Below are positions 26,713-39,221 of a stretch of 64,000 nucleotides of DNA, one piece after another; position 1 is the stretch's first letter; each line of letters begins with the position of its first letter. The notes beneath the pieces were generated by a model. It searched no databases and had not been told where the DNA came from. It worked only from the letters and a program-made list of their open reading frames with translations. This DNA is from Tubiluchus corallicola (taxonomy: Eukaryota > Animalia > Priapulida). Made by a program: the position numbers and the translations under genes. The stretch spans positions 179,308 through 243,307 of the forward strand of contig JAQGDQ010000356.1 in assembly GCA_030141605.1 (NCBI GenBank), given 5' to 3'.

Positions 26713-27137
26713 GCGGGATGCCCACACTGTACCTCGACACTAGGCGGAGGAGCTGCACAAGCAGCCAATGGCTAGAGGGCGGAGGAAGTCAAGTGACCCA
26801 ATGGCCATGTGTAGAGGAGTAAACCTTCCAAATCAGGAGTGGAGCCCCGAAGGTGGACCAGTGCAGCATGCTCACTGACTCCGGAAGCTCCTGCAGCCAA
26901 CCTGGTGCTAAACGTATCGCTCCGCTTTCCCTTGGACTACACCAGGGAGGAAGAGAGGGGGTTTCTGTTGTCTGGGCAACTCAGGATCTCCATACACCTT
27001 GCCCAGGCGTGCGCCCTGGAGACGTTCAAGGATCGGGACTGCTCAGCCACAGTCGACGCTGCAGCTCCATCAGTGTGATCAATAACTGACTCTCTTGGCG
27101 CACACTCCACTGTCTTCCGAAACAGAAGGTGCCAACC
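26595..27137 (+). mobile_element. 5S-headed bipartite RTE-derived SINE (5S + RTE 5'UTR + RTE 3' end)
   Basis: 5S runs directly into a GC-rich body resembling RTE-clade 5'UTRs (GGAGTGGAGCCCC, CTGGTGCTAAACGTA, GAGAGGGGG...TCTGGGCAAC, GCCCAGGCGTGCGCCCTGGAGA), then SRIG-(+1 nt)-LLSHSRRC like an RTE ORF C-terminus, and TCCACTGTCTTCCGAAACAGAAGGTGCCAAC like an RTE 3' end (family match from recall). Confidence 0.7.
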
Positions 27138-27142
27138 ATATA

Positions 27143-27189
27143 CAGTACAATCCGTTTATAATAGGTCTCGTTATAAGCGGATTATACTG
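27143..27189. mobile_element. 47-bp pogo/Tc1-mariner-like micro-MITE
   Basis: TA|CAGTACAATCCGTTTATAA ... TTATAAGCGGATTATACTG|TA: 19-bp TIRs with 2 mismatches and a TA on each side. Confidence 0.6.
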
Positions 27190-27815
27190 TATTATATAAT
27201 TCCACAACGAACAAGCGGGAAAAAACGTTTGAAATCACCAGTCTCTCTACTACTAAATTATTCAAACCGATTTGCATCTAACAGAAAATTATCATTGTGA
27301 GTTTGTAGATGAATTTCTAGCTCACATTCAACACTTATATGAACTGCTGTGCAAGAATCCAATTACGACGTTGCTTGTAATTCTTTCCTATTTGTCAGTG
27401 AATTCCTGGAATTGCGCTAATACCACTAATCCGCGTCTGACATTTTCTCCCCACAAAGAAAATCGCGATCAACTTATAAACGTCCATAAACTTTCTAACC
27501 AACCAGCTGCTTAAAGAAACCCAGCGGGAGGTCAAGACATGCAAATGAACGTCATCAATCAACTCTGAAAGAGACGTTCTCTTGTTTGGATGCGTATAAA
27601 GAGTAACCTACTGCCAGGAGAAAAACATTTACTACGAGATGAGTGTTTAGTAATTTACAGCCACCGGGTTGGATGCTTTAATAAAACGAACAGAAACGAA
27701 TCTATCGTAGTAATTACTTCAGCAGCGTCACAAAGCATCTGTCCAATTGTAATCCCACGTGTGCCACAGTGAGAAAGATCTTCATTGCAAGAACAATAAC
27801 AGGATCCTAATGAGC

Positions 27816-28168
27816 AAGCTTTCTCAAAGTTCCCGCGATTGATGATGATCGTTAAAAGGTCAAAGGTTAAATGTTCCGGGCAACGTATTTGTGCTCGCTT
27901 GACGACGCCTCGCAACACATGCTGTTGTAATAGTAACAGTTTCAACTAGGTCGTTTCTTTCTTCTTCCCAAGCAAGATCCTATTAGTAAATCATTCTAAG
28001 CACAGACAAATGCGTAATTAAGTAAAGACCACGTAAAACATCCGAACTGGTGCAGTAGATGGCCTTGCTTTACCCACATGACGGTTGTAGTCAAGGCATG
28101 TTGCTGTGATCACTTAACCTTGACCGACAGCAACTGCGCATGCGCACAACGAAACAAGTATAAGCCTT
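27816..28168 (-). mobile_element. MITE family B copy 3 (inverted)
   Basis: Reverse complement of copies 1 and 2, more diverged. Confidence 0.7.
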
Positions 28169-28686
28169 AACGACTTTTCTTAATTACTGGGTAGTCACAG
28201 ATTCTGGATTTATCACAGAAGCATAAGGAATCACTCATTGGGAGGCTTAAGTCTAGGCGATACATGAACTTCTTTATGAAGCCATGTAAAAGAAAAAGTG
28301 CAAATCTTGTAATGTTTATTAGTGAAAGAGAATTCAAAACTTCACTTATACTTCCAGCAATAATTGTTACTGTTTACCAGAGTAAGTACAATGCTACACC
28401 ACAGCAAAGGCATATTTTGTGTGATTAATGAAAGCGAATTTAAAAGTTCACTTACACTACCAGCAATACTTGTTACTGTTTACCAGAGTAAGTACAATGC
28501 TACACCACAGCAAAGGCATGTTTTGTGTAATGACTACAGCAAGTGTATGAAAAAAATGCAAAAACCGGCGGCACCAAATGGAATTAGATGATCACATATA
28601 ATCAATTATAAATCGATTTCTACATATCAGTGGGTTAGTACTTTGAGTTAACAAGTAAAAAACACTGAATGACTCATGTGACTCAC

Positions 28687-28776
28687 TTGCCAAAATCTTG
28701 CGGTAGGTGAGTAAGTGACACGTCATTCAAGCCTAAATACGTCAAGTTTTTCAACTGGGTAAACCCATCCGGTAAC
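28687..28776 (-). CDS. scrib: Scribble coding exon 4 (LRR)
   Basis: ttcttgcag acceptor; [29 protein letters not shown](N); 90 nt; GTGAGT donor. Confidence 0.95.
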
Positions 28777-28968
28777 CTGCAAGAAAAATTGTAAAAAAAT
28801 TATTATAGTGTATTTTAAAAACAATAAATAAAAATTATTTCATACAATCACGAAAGATGGCGTCTTACACGAGGAACAACAGAGAAATGGTGCAAAAGGT
28901 TTTGTTTCAGGTCAGTAATTTCAGACCAAATAAGTCCAAGTTTCACAGGTAAAATTATCAACGTTTAA

Positions 28969-29506
28969 AGGAAAAGTCAAGCGTTCTAGAAAGTTGGGCT
29001 TATATCAATGTTCTGAAAAATGTTAAGATTAAGTAATAGAACTGCAATAAGCGCCTCGTGTAATTAGTAAAATCACTTTAAAGTCGCGATCACTTCATGC
29101 TTGGACGCCCATTCTTCTTCCAGTGACGTCATTCATCTTGAAGAAAAGTAGCGCACTGTCAATCTTCATCAAAAGAATAGCAAGTTTTTACAAAAAGATT
29201 AGGTAGCTAATTTTGTAATATTTTTGTGCGAACATCAGGTAAACTGCAGAAGTTTGAATAAGTTTAAGCAGCTCGCGCTTACGGAAAGCCACGACGCGCT
29301 TACGAAAAGTCACGAAGTTTCCCAGTTACGTCATGATTTTCAAGTGAATGGCGACAACCGCCAAACCTGAAAATTTCTATTCGGAGGTGAGAATTTTAAA
29401 TTTATGTTTTATAGGCAGTTCTTTGCAAATTTCTTTGTTATATTTTTCTAAATTTAAGTGATAACAGTAAAATAAACCCAACATACTGAATGACTTGTTC
29501 TTTCCT
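28969..29506 (+). mobile_element. Family A copy 3
   Basis: TTAA|AGGAAAAGTCAAG ... CTTGTTCTTTCCT|TTAA, complete. Confidence 0.85.
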
Positions 29507-29982
29507 TTAATGCATACATTGTTTTTACTGTCACTTTTGTGTCACTTGCTATGTGGGTTTGACTACGCACCAAAAAATAAACATTATTTCAGACCAAATA
29601 AGTGATAAGCAATATACGTCCCCTATGTAACATTATAAATATTGACGTAAGCTTTTAGTGTGTAGTCGAGGCAAGTTTCAAAGCCACCTTGTCATTTTAT
29701 TTTGTTACTGTTTATTTACCTTGTTAAGCACAGTGGCAACTAAAGCAAGAACAAACAAACAAACAAGCTAAGTTCAGCTTTACTTATTTGATTAATTAAC
29801 TTGATAATTTACTAATAGATTCTCCTTGAAAAGTAGAAATGTTGGAAAGTAGCCACAGAAAATGACTGCAGTCACAGCATTGTTAATTCAAATTTATAAT
29901 TAACTTAGAAAACTGTAGTTTTTTTATTATAAATAATTGCTGAGATCCTCATTGTTTACATTTACCTAAAGTGGCACAGTGT

Positions 29983-30110
29983 AGATTAGATAAGATTAGA
30001 TTAGATCAGATTTAGTTTAGTTAGATTAGATTACATTTAGATTACAATAGGTTAGATTATCTCAGATTAGATTAGACTAGATTAGACCAGACCAGATTAG
30101 ATTAGATTAT
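29983..30110. repeat. (TTAGA)n imperfect microsatellite
   Basis: agattagattag runs. Confidence 0.85.
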
Positions 30111-30779
30111 TTCAGCATAAAGGCCAAACAAAAACCATAAAAACATGACATCACATTACAATAAAATAATAAAATAAAAGTCACACTAAAAACACTACTG
30201 CTTATTATACATTTACATAAAAGATCATTCACAGCTATCAGGTTTGACGATGTTTATTTACAAACAAACTTTTATTCCACATCTTAAAATAACAAGATTG
30301 TATGATTCGTACAGAGCTGACAATTAATAAGACGTTTATTGTTCACAAGTTCTAGTAATGGTTTTCTTATACTGCAGCAGGCTTTCCTGTAAAGGTGGGG
30401 AAAATGTGGAAATGCTAAATTTACACACTTGTCAGAAGCAGTACAATCACATAGTAATTTAAAACAGTTTCCTGATACGGTTCCTAAACGCATCGCGTAT
30501 TTTGTCAAAGACGCTACTGTCAACTTTCGTCCATAATGACGTACAATAAAAATTACGACAAAAACTATTAAAAACACGTAACAGGAAACGGAACGAGAAT
30601 TTTCTAATTAATTAATGAGTTAATATGTGCATAGAAAAGATGAGTTTGATTTTTGATATCCGCGTTATCAGATAAATCAGAATAAATTACGTGGTTTAAT
30701 TCTTGTCGACTAACGCTTGTTGAGTATCTGTGACAGTATAAAATGGGGATAGAATGCATGATACCAATGATCATTTTAA

Positions 30780-31223
30780 AATAAAATTCCCCGATTTTTC
30801 CCAGATCAAATATTGATTTTCCATGACCAAGATCAGCAGAAATTGCATTACCAGTAAATATTCAAACATTCCTACATATACTGATGTATAATGTGCCGGC
30901 ACAGTTGCAGTAGTGCTAACAAAATTACACTGATCACATTAAATAAATTTTCTTAATACAATCATTATTTTTGGAACAGAATCGAAACTGGGAGCCTGTC
31001 ATAGCAAAATTTTATTTGAACACGAATTTTATTTGAACAAAAACATCGGTTCACGGTGACTATTTTTGCAACCCTTTCCAATTTCCCTGACTTTTCGCCC
31101 CATTTTCCTCATTCTCCCTGACTTTTTACCAAATTATCCTTTTCCCTGACTTTTCCATGACCTTCCAGGACAGTGTGTATTTTCAAGGATTTTCCAGGAT
31201 TATCCCCGACCGTGGGAACCCTG
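30780..31223. mobile_element. hAT-type non-autonomous element, one end
   Basis: Ends CGTGGGAACCCTG (reverse complement of CAGGGTTCCCACG), preceded by subterminal TTTTCCCTGAC/TTTTCCAGG motifs; other TIR not found. Confidence 0.5.
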
Positions 31224-31639
31224 TCACAGGAACTGAATGAGCACCGCTTATGAGTCGTTACATTTAAATCAATTCACAAAAACCCGCAGGCACTCGAGAA
31301 GCAAATTTTAGATAGCAGTTGAGAGAGCCTAGAGCAATTTAAAAACTCTCAATTTGCAAGCTACCCGCTGTGCGTGTGCGATTTTCCACCATCTGAATAG
31401 AGGCAGGATTTAATAAACTGCATCCTGCGTTGAATGCCTTCACAAGGCTGGCTTCAGGAAGCCAGCCGAGTTGCAAATTCAGCCTCCTGTAAGAAAAATT
31501 ACCCATTCAGCATTGCTGCTGTACGAGGCTCATCAAAGAGCCTAAAGATTGCTAAACGAGAGGAGAGAAAATTCTCTGCCTCCGCATCTGCCTGCTCTAA
31601 TGATGACTACAAAGACAATCTTATTGGATGAATATACGA

Positions 31640-32020
31640 GATTATCACAATCACGCGTACGAACAATCAGCTACAGCCTACATAATCATGAAATTACATC
31701 CTGGAAAAGGGTAGTGAGAAAAACAATGACAACATACGACATTATCACAATCACGCCTACGAACAATCAGCTACAGCCTACATAATCATGAAATTACATC
31801 GTGTAAAAGGGTAGTGAGAAAAACAATGGCAACATACGACATTATCACAATCACGCGTACGAACAATCAGCTACAGCCTACATAATCATGAAATTACATC
31901 GTGGAAAAGGGTAGTGAGAAAAACAATGGCAACATACGACATTATCACAATCAGCTGCAGCCTACATAATCATGAAATTACATCGGGTAAAAAAGGGTAG
32001 TGAGAAAGACAATGGCAACA
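31640..32020. repeat. About 100-bp tandem repeat, 4 copies
   Basis: attatcacaatcacgcgtacgaacaatcagctacagcctacataatcatgaaattacatc...gggtagtgagaaaaacaatgg. Confidence 0.9.
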
Positions 32021-32588
32021 CATTCGCAAAACATGGTCGAAATAATAAAAAAAGACGAAATCGAAAGTGGAATTAAAGCACAAGAAACCCCTCAAGTTAC
32101 ATAAAGCTTAAAAAGTTCGTCTTGAAATTTTATATACCCTTATATACTGCCCTTTTGCATACAGGGCTTGCGTCGGCAGTAACGCTGCATAAAATATGTA
32201 ATTTTATGCGCTCATATGCTGCCTTTTTGCATGCAGGGCTTGCGTCGACAGTAACGTTGTATAAAATATGTAAATTTAAACTCCCGCGATGACCATTAGA
32301 CGCAGCCATTCTGACGATAAGTCATTAGAAACAAATTTAGATAAGATTGAGCAACCTCTTTTCCCTGGCGCTTCTTATCTTCGGAACTGCTTTCCCGAAA
32401 ACTGCAAGCTGCCCGATTGAACAAAGACAACAATAATTACTGTTTGTTACCAACAAATTACTCACAATAATTCTGTCTGTCTTCCTGGACATGTAGTTAC
32501 ACTTTCACCCTTCTAATGCACTCCCTTACTATGGAGTGGTCATTGTTTTTTAGATGTGATTTGGGCACATAAAAGTCACTAGGTTTAA

Positions 32589-33143
32589 AGGAAAGGTCAA
32601 GCCTTCTAGGAGGTTAGGTTTATTTCAATGTTCACGAAAAATGTTACAAGGATTTAGCAATAAAACAGCAATAAGCGCCTCGTGTAATTAGTAAAATCAC
32701 TTTAAAGTCGAGATCATTTCATGCGTGGGCGTTCCCATTTTCAATGCCCATTCTTCTTCCAATGATGTCATTCGTCTTGAAGAAAAGTAGCGCACTGTTA
32801 ATCTTCGCCAAAAGTATGATAAGTCTTTACAAAAAAAATAGATAGCTAATTTTGTAATAAATTTGCGTAAACATTAGGCAAGCTGTAGACGTTTGAATTA
32901 GTTTAAGCAGCGCGCGCTTACGGAAAGCCACGATGCGCTTACGAAAAGTCACGAAGTCTCCCAGTTACGTCATGATTTTCAAGTGAATGGCGGCAACCGC
33001 CACACCTGAAAATTTCTATTCGGAAGTGATGTATTTTAAATTTATGCTTTATAGGCAGTTCTTTGTAAATTTCTTTGTTATATTTTTCTAAATTTAAGTG
33101 ATAACAGTAAAATATCCCCAACATACAAAGTGACTTCTTCTTT
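32589..33143 (+). mobile_element. Family A copy 4
   Basis: TTAA|AGGAAAGGTCAAG start; full body; right TIR eroded. Confidence 0.8.
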
Positions 33144-33630
33144 TGTTTGAGCAAACAAGACCAAATTTTCTCATAAAATTCAGACAGTAATGATCATCTG
33201 ATTCTAACTTGACGCATAAAAGTCAAAAATTGAATTTAAAACAACGACTGGCGGCGTGAACGGGAAAAAACATCATCAGATCACATTACGACGAGTGATT
33301 TGCTTATCCAAGCAGAAAATTAGTTTCAAGTAGCTGATTCTGAATTCACAAAAACTCAGTAGTCAATACCTCTACAGCAGCTGCAAGCAGCTTTCTGTAT
33401 TTTACAAAACAGAACGTACATTGAACCACTACATTAACTACATTATTGGTATCAGCCATTTCCGTATCCGTTGTCGTAGTTCGGAATTAGATTATGCGAT
33501 GTTACACATGCAGAAGTCTAAGCAAATGTTTGCATTCGTCTGCCATGCATTACCGCAGATGGGTAATTGAAATCCAGGCGACTGTAAATCGGGCTGTATT
33601 CGCTCAAGCAATTGCTGTCCCACCAATGAG

Positions 33631-33945
33631 TCCCTCGATGGCTCAGTTGGTACAGGACTTGCCTTGTAAGCAAGAAGCCCCAAGTTCAAGTCTGGGAACA
33701 AGTCATTAAGTATACCTTTAAAGATTAAAAAAAACAAATGCTCTCCAATGAGTCTGTTGATGGCTCAGTTAATAGAGGACTTGCCTTGTAACCAAGAAGC
33801 CCCAAGTTCAAGTCCAGGAAACAAATCGTTAAGTATACCTTCAAAGATTAAAAAAGAAATGCTCTCCAATGAATACATTGATGGCTCAGTTTGTAGAGGA
33901 TTTGCCTTGTAAGCAGGAGCCATTAGGTTCAAGTCCTAGCTGGCT
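33631..33945 (+). pseudogene. Three tandem tRNA-Thr(TGT)-like pseudogenes or SINE heads (about 121-bp period)
   Basis: Each unit has GATGGCTCAGTT..TAGAGG, anticodon arm CTTGC-CTTGTAA-GCAAG and GTTCAAGTC; acceptor stems do not pair well. Confidence 0.65.
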
Positions 33946-34449
33946 TAGGACAGTTTTGGCTACTTTCTTTCCTCACCAATTGTGGGAACTAAGACTTCTG
34001 CATGTACAATAGTAACGAAGTATATAAATATAAATTTTCAATTCGAAACCAGACTTGAAAAGAAACAAAGGACTAAAATGCTGAGTTTGTAAATCAAAGA
34101 TACTTGGTTCAAATCCAACCTCAGGTTGTATTTTTGGCAAAATTTGTTTTTAAAGGTTTAATCAATGTGGGTTTATTGCATCAATGTCAAAATGGTACAG
34201 GAATATGGAAATTACATTCAAGAATTTACAACAAAACAATTATATTTCCCTGACAACAAGTAATAGACCTCAATCTGTGCTTTTATAAATAACAGTGACC
34301 ATTCAATTCTCTTATTGTGGAATCCAACTGACCACTATGACTTTAAACAAAAGAAAAAATTGGCTAAAATAGACATGACGGCTGCAGCAAATTTCTGGAA
34401 AACAATAGCCGTGACCGTTAGATATCAAAATTCAATACGATGGGCAAAT

Positions 34450-35935
34450 TGTAGCTACCTCTGTAGTCAATACGGCTGTCACAGTACCTACCTCTGTAGT
34501 CAATACGGCTGTCACAGTACCTACCTCTGTAGTCAATACGGCTGTCACAGTACCTACCTCTGTAGTCAATACGGCCGTCGCAGTACCTAACCCTGTAGTC
34601 AAAACGGCTGTCGCAGTACCTAACCCTGTAGTCAAACGGCTGTCGCAGTACCTAACCATGTAGTCAATACGGCCGTCGCAGTACCTAACCCTGTAGTCAA
34701 TACGGCCATCGCAGTACCTAACCCTGTAGTCATTACGGCCGTCGCAGTACCTAACCCTGTAGTCAATACGGCCGTCGCAGTACCTAACCCTGTAGTCAAT
34801 ACGGCTGTCACAGTACCTAACCCTGACGTCAACAGGACCATCGCAGTACCTACCCCTGAAGTCAATAGGACCATCGTAGTACCTACCCCTGAAGTCAATA
34901 GGACCATCGCAGTACCTACCCCTGAAGTCAATAGGACCATCGTAGTACCTACCCCTGACCTCAATAGGACTATCGCAGTACCTACCCCTGTAGTCAATAC
35001 GGCCGTCGCAGTACCTAACCCTGTAGTCAATACGGCCGTCGCAGTACCTATCCCTGTAGTCAATACGGCCGTCACAGTACCTAACCCTGTAGTCAATACG
35101 GCCGTCGCAGTACCTAACCCTGTAGTCAATACGGCCTTCACAGTACCTAACCCTGTAGTCAATACGGCCGTCGCAGTAGCTACCCCTGTAGTCAATACAG
35201 CCGTCGCAGTACCTAACCCTGTAGTCAATACGACTGTCGCAGTACCTAACCTTGTAGTCAATACGGCCGTCACAATACCTACCTCTGTAGTCAATACGGC
35301 CGTCGCAGTACCTACCCCTATAGTCAATACGGCCGTCGCAGAACCTAACCCTGTAGTCAATACGGCCGTCGCAGTACCTACCCCTGTAGTCAAAACGGCC
35401 GTCGCAGTACCTAACCCTGTAGTCAATACGGCCGTCGCAGTACCTAACCCTGTAGTCAATACGGCCGTCGCAGTACCTAACCCTGTAGTCAATACGGCCG
35501 TCGCAGTACCTAACCCTGTAGTCAATACGGCCGTCGCAGTACCTAACCCTGTAGTCAATACGGCCGTCGCAGTACCTAACCCTGTAGTCAATACGGCCGT
35601 CGCAGTACCTAACCCTGTAGTCATTACGGCCCTCGCAGTACCTATCCCTGTAGTCAATTTGGCCGTCGCAGTACCTAACGCTGTAGTCAATAGGACCATC
35701 GCAGTACCTACCCCTGAAGTCAGTAGGACCATCGCAGTACCTACCCCTGAAGTCAATAGGACCATCGTAGTACCTACCCCTGAAGTCAATAGGACCATCG
35801 CAGTACCTACCCCTGAAGTCAATAGGACCATCGCAGTACCTACCCCTGAAGTCAATAGGACCATCGCAGTACCTACCCCTGAAGTCAATAGGACCATCGT
35901 AGTACCTACCCCTGAAGTCAATAGGACCATCATAA
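34450..35935. repeat. 33-bp minisatellite, about 45 copies, two variants in alternating blocks
   Basis: A: cctgtagtcaatacggccgtcgcagtacctaac; B: cctgaagtcaataggaccatcgcagtacctacc. Confidence 0.95.
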
Positions 35936-36363
35936 TACCTACATATGACAAGAACATATGAGCCACTTCGTATGCGTAGAAATTGATCGATAATGAATGC
36001 TGAATTGAAGCATGGGTAGCAAATTAATGTCTTGAATGCCACTATTTATTCTCTAATCATACAGCTAGGATCAAATTGTTTCATCAGCCTCTTTGTGGGA
36101 CAATGTCAAACCAGTAACCTCTTCAGTAACCATTCGACGTCAATAGTTCAGTACGTAGATCGAGTCAAAACACAAACACATTAAAACATTTCGTTGTACA
36201 AACAAGCACGAGAGTTCAATTTCTGGAATTTCTGGATTAAGATTTGTCAAATTTCAGTCACAGCACTATCAAATACCAGTTTTTTTTAAACCATACCTCA
36301 TATTTAAACTTGTATTTCATTTAATATTTTACATTATACCTCATTCCACAATGATGAAATAAT

Positions 36364-36520
36364 AAGCCTTTTCATAGTTCAAGCAATTGATGATGATCGT
36401 GAAAAGGTCAAAGGTTAAGTGTATCAGACAACACATTTGTGTACACTTGATAACACATTGCAGCTGAAGCTACTGAAATGCACGTAGTGACAGTTTTAGC
36501 AGCTAGCTAGAATCTCTCTA
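36364..36520 (-). mobile_element. MITE family B partial copy (inverted)
   Basis: TAAGCCTTTTCATAGTT...GATGATGATCGTGAAAAGGTCAAAGGTTAAGTGTA matches the family B end. Confidence 0.65.
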
Positions 36521-36621
36521 TTCTGCATCTAGGTAAGGGGTATTTCAGATAGTGGTGAGTACTATTTGTATGAGTATGAGCCATCTGGCTATAGAGTGGA
36601 TTTTATTATTAGGATTTGGAA

Positions 36622-36758
36622 TTAATAAGAACAACTTTTTGCAAGAATTATGGCGACGGTTAAATAAAGGCTGAAGATTAGAGCATTTGCATAGTTTTTA
36701 TTTGGAAAAATTATTTTCAATGAGCGCTTTTGAACTGTTTCTAACAAATCAGAGAGAT

Positions 36759-36805
<47 letters not shown>

Positions 36806-37010
36806 TGACACACCTGACATTTTATCATATCATTAGAAGATGTCCCAGCTCTTTTCGTTAGTCGCAAGAGATCAGTTCTTTTACTGGCTTTAGCATAAAC
36901 TGAATGGACATGGATGTTCCACGTTAAATCTCGAGCTATTTGTACACTTAAAAGTTTAACCGAATCAACTATTTTTACCTTCAAATTAGAGACGATAATA
37001 AGAGGAATAT
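36622..37010 (-). mobile_element. Decayed LINE (CR1/L2-group) ORF2 fragment interrupted by a (GA)n tract
   Basis: VDSVKLLSVQIARDLTWNIHV..VYAKASKR..LLR..KRAG and LETVQKRSLKIIFP..Y..AL match the RT C-terminal/thumb region of CR1/L2-group LINEs. Confidence 0.75.
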
Positions 37011-39221
37011 CAGGAGGCTGATTTACATATAAAAGTGAATCAAATTGATGTCACCTTTACTTATGCTAATGTGTGTCGTAACTGCATTAATATATCAGAT
37101 TTGTATGGTATTTTATAAAATAGATTGAGCAAATGAAATAGGACAAATTTTTATCACTGTAAATGTATCAACTAATCAATCAAGATGGATTACAACAGAA
37201 CCCTTCCAAAGCTTATTAGCAATATACTCACACTAGTAACACTACAGATTCAATAGCAACAACGCATCTTTCATTAGCGTTTATAGTCAATGAGAAATGG
37301 TTGACTTGGTCACCCAAGTGCAGCCTACACCAACTGGTGTTTCAGTAAACCTATTCGGTGTGAACAGGCTAGCTTCTTTGAAGCGCTTCGCGCCGAGGCC
37401 GCGTGACGTCAGAGGCACATAAACCTAGTTGCACAAACAGGAATAAAAGCAACCTGCGACGATGGAAGAATAAATCAATTTAAATGATGTGAATTTTTAT
37501 CGCGCAATGAAGCGAGTCTAATCAATAAAATCAGTTGTTAGTAGTGTTAAATCTGCGTCACAGTAAAAACTGAAAATTCACTGAGCTGGCGTGGAACATT
37601 CACGCGTAGAGTTTGTTTTCCAAAGATTTCCCACATTTAAAAATGCAAAATGTAAATCACTATTGATTAGCTGTACTTTTGATTCATTCATTTTTACTGA
37701 ATTGTATTGCAAGTTTTGTAACTGTACATAGTATTGTTATTGTGTGCGGTGTACTAATATCTACCATACTATTCGAGTATGTAATAAATAATAAATAAAA
37801 TTATTTTAGGTATAGATGTTTTAGGTATTCTTTCCTTGTAAATGTATTTTATAGTTTTTTAAGGTGTTTTTCCTCGTAATTATTATTATAAATGTATTTT
37901 TATCGTGTATTTCTCTGTAGATGCATCTGTTGAAATTTGTAAACAATGTAGCGTAATCTACATAAAATGTGTATCTACAAATTGCAAAACTGCAAGATTC
38001 TATGTGATGTTTTTAGGTATCATTACGTATTATTATCCATTAGAATGAAGCCAGAGCTTAAGAGAAGCACAACTTCTTTTTGAGGAAACAATTTATTTCA
38101 AGCTTTTGTTGTAACATTGTATGCCCAAACTAAATTTTGACAGTGAAAATGAAAACTGTTGTAAGCTTTCAATTCTATTCTTAACTGCCTTTTTTGTCAA
38201 TACACTAGAGCTGTCGGTTCTACTGAGAAAACCATAATCCAGATTACACGTGCGATGCTATAAAGATGACTCTATCTGCTAGATTATCATGAAATCCGTG
38301 CACGCGTTCTCAGCATCCGCATGGCTTTCCTCATCCCGAATAACGGCGAAGCCACACATAAACAAGGAAGCCAGTGTGTTGGTGATGACAGAGATAGGTC
38401 ACGCTGATGACTGCATCAGGGTATGGATCATGTTGCAGCATATACAGTGTTGAGCAGACAGGCTCGGGCTAATTTAAGATCACCGTGTATTAACCTTGTC
38501 CAGCTGAAGACACGTGTGTAAGAGTTTGTGTTGTGTTCAGCCGAAGACATTTTCATAATAACACGTGTATTCAGTAGCTAAACTGTTAGGAGGCTGTTTC
38601 TGTTTCCGTGTTTACCATCACCCTGTCCCAGATTCTCACCCCTCTTTTGCAAGGCTCTTCCAATGGCTTATGCCTTGGAAACTTTTATAATCATCATTAT
38701 CATCGCCAGTTCGGCAAAAATTAGAACAAAATGTTTTTCAGTTACATTCTTTGTGCAATTCGACCCAGTGCAAACCGTAACCCAGTACTCAATGATAGGA
38801 CCTACTTAATGTGGCAGGACTGGAACTTTCCTCATTATCAAGATTAATACTTTAAGATGAGATTTTGAAATGCTTGCACCACCTCGTAAAACGGTACTGC
38901 ATTGGCATCCCAGTGTGCACCACTGGCTCACCAAAAGCATTTATCTTTTTACTGACGAGATACAGTATCTTATATTTTATATTTTTGCTTAGTAAGTAAA
39001 GCCAAGTAAAGAGTGCACAACGAATGTTCTGATTATTTTTTCAAAAAATGAGCAATGTTATCTAAACTTGTTTCAAACGGCTTACCATTAAAATGGCTGC
39101 ATTTAATGGTTATATCACGGGAGTTCAAATTTACACGTTTTATACAGCGTTACTGCTAGAGCAAGCAAGATAGTGACCCAAAATTTCAAGACAAAATATC
39201 TTGTACTTTAATTTGTCAATA

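Noticed and set aside
30110-30430. Possible LINE 3' end next to the (TTAGA)n tract
   Set aside because: Only a vague resemblance; too degenerate to support
34432-36042. 536-aa RYCDGRIDY and 444-aa Thr/Ala-rich (antifreeze- or adhesin-like) ORFs
   Set aside because: 33-bp minisatellite with overlapping frames open; no signal peptide or supported splice structure
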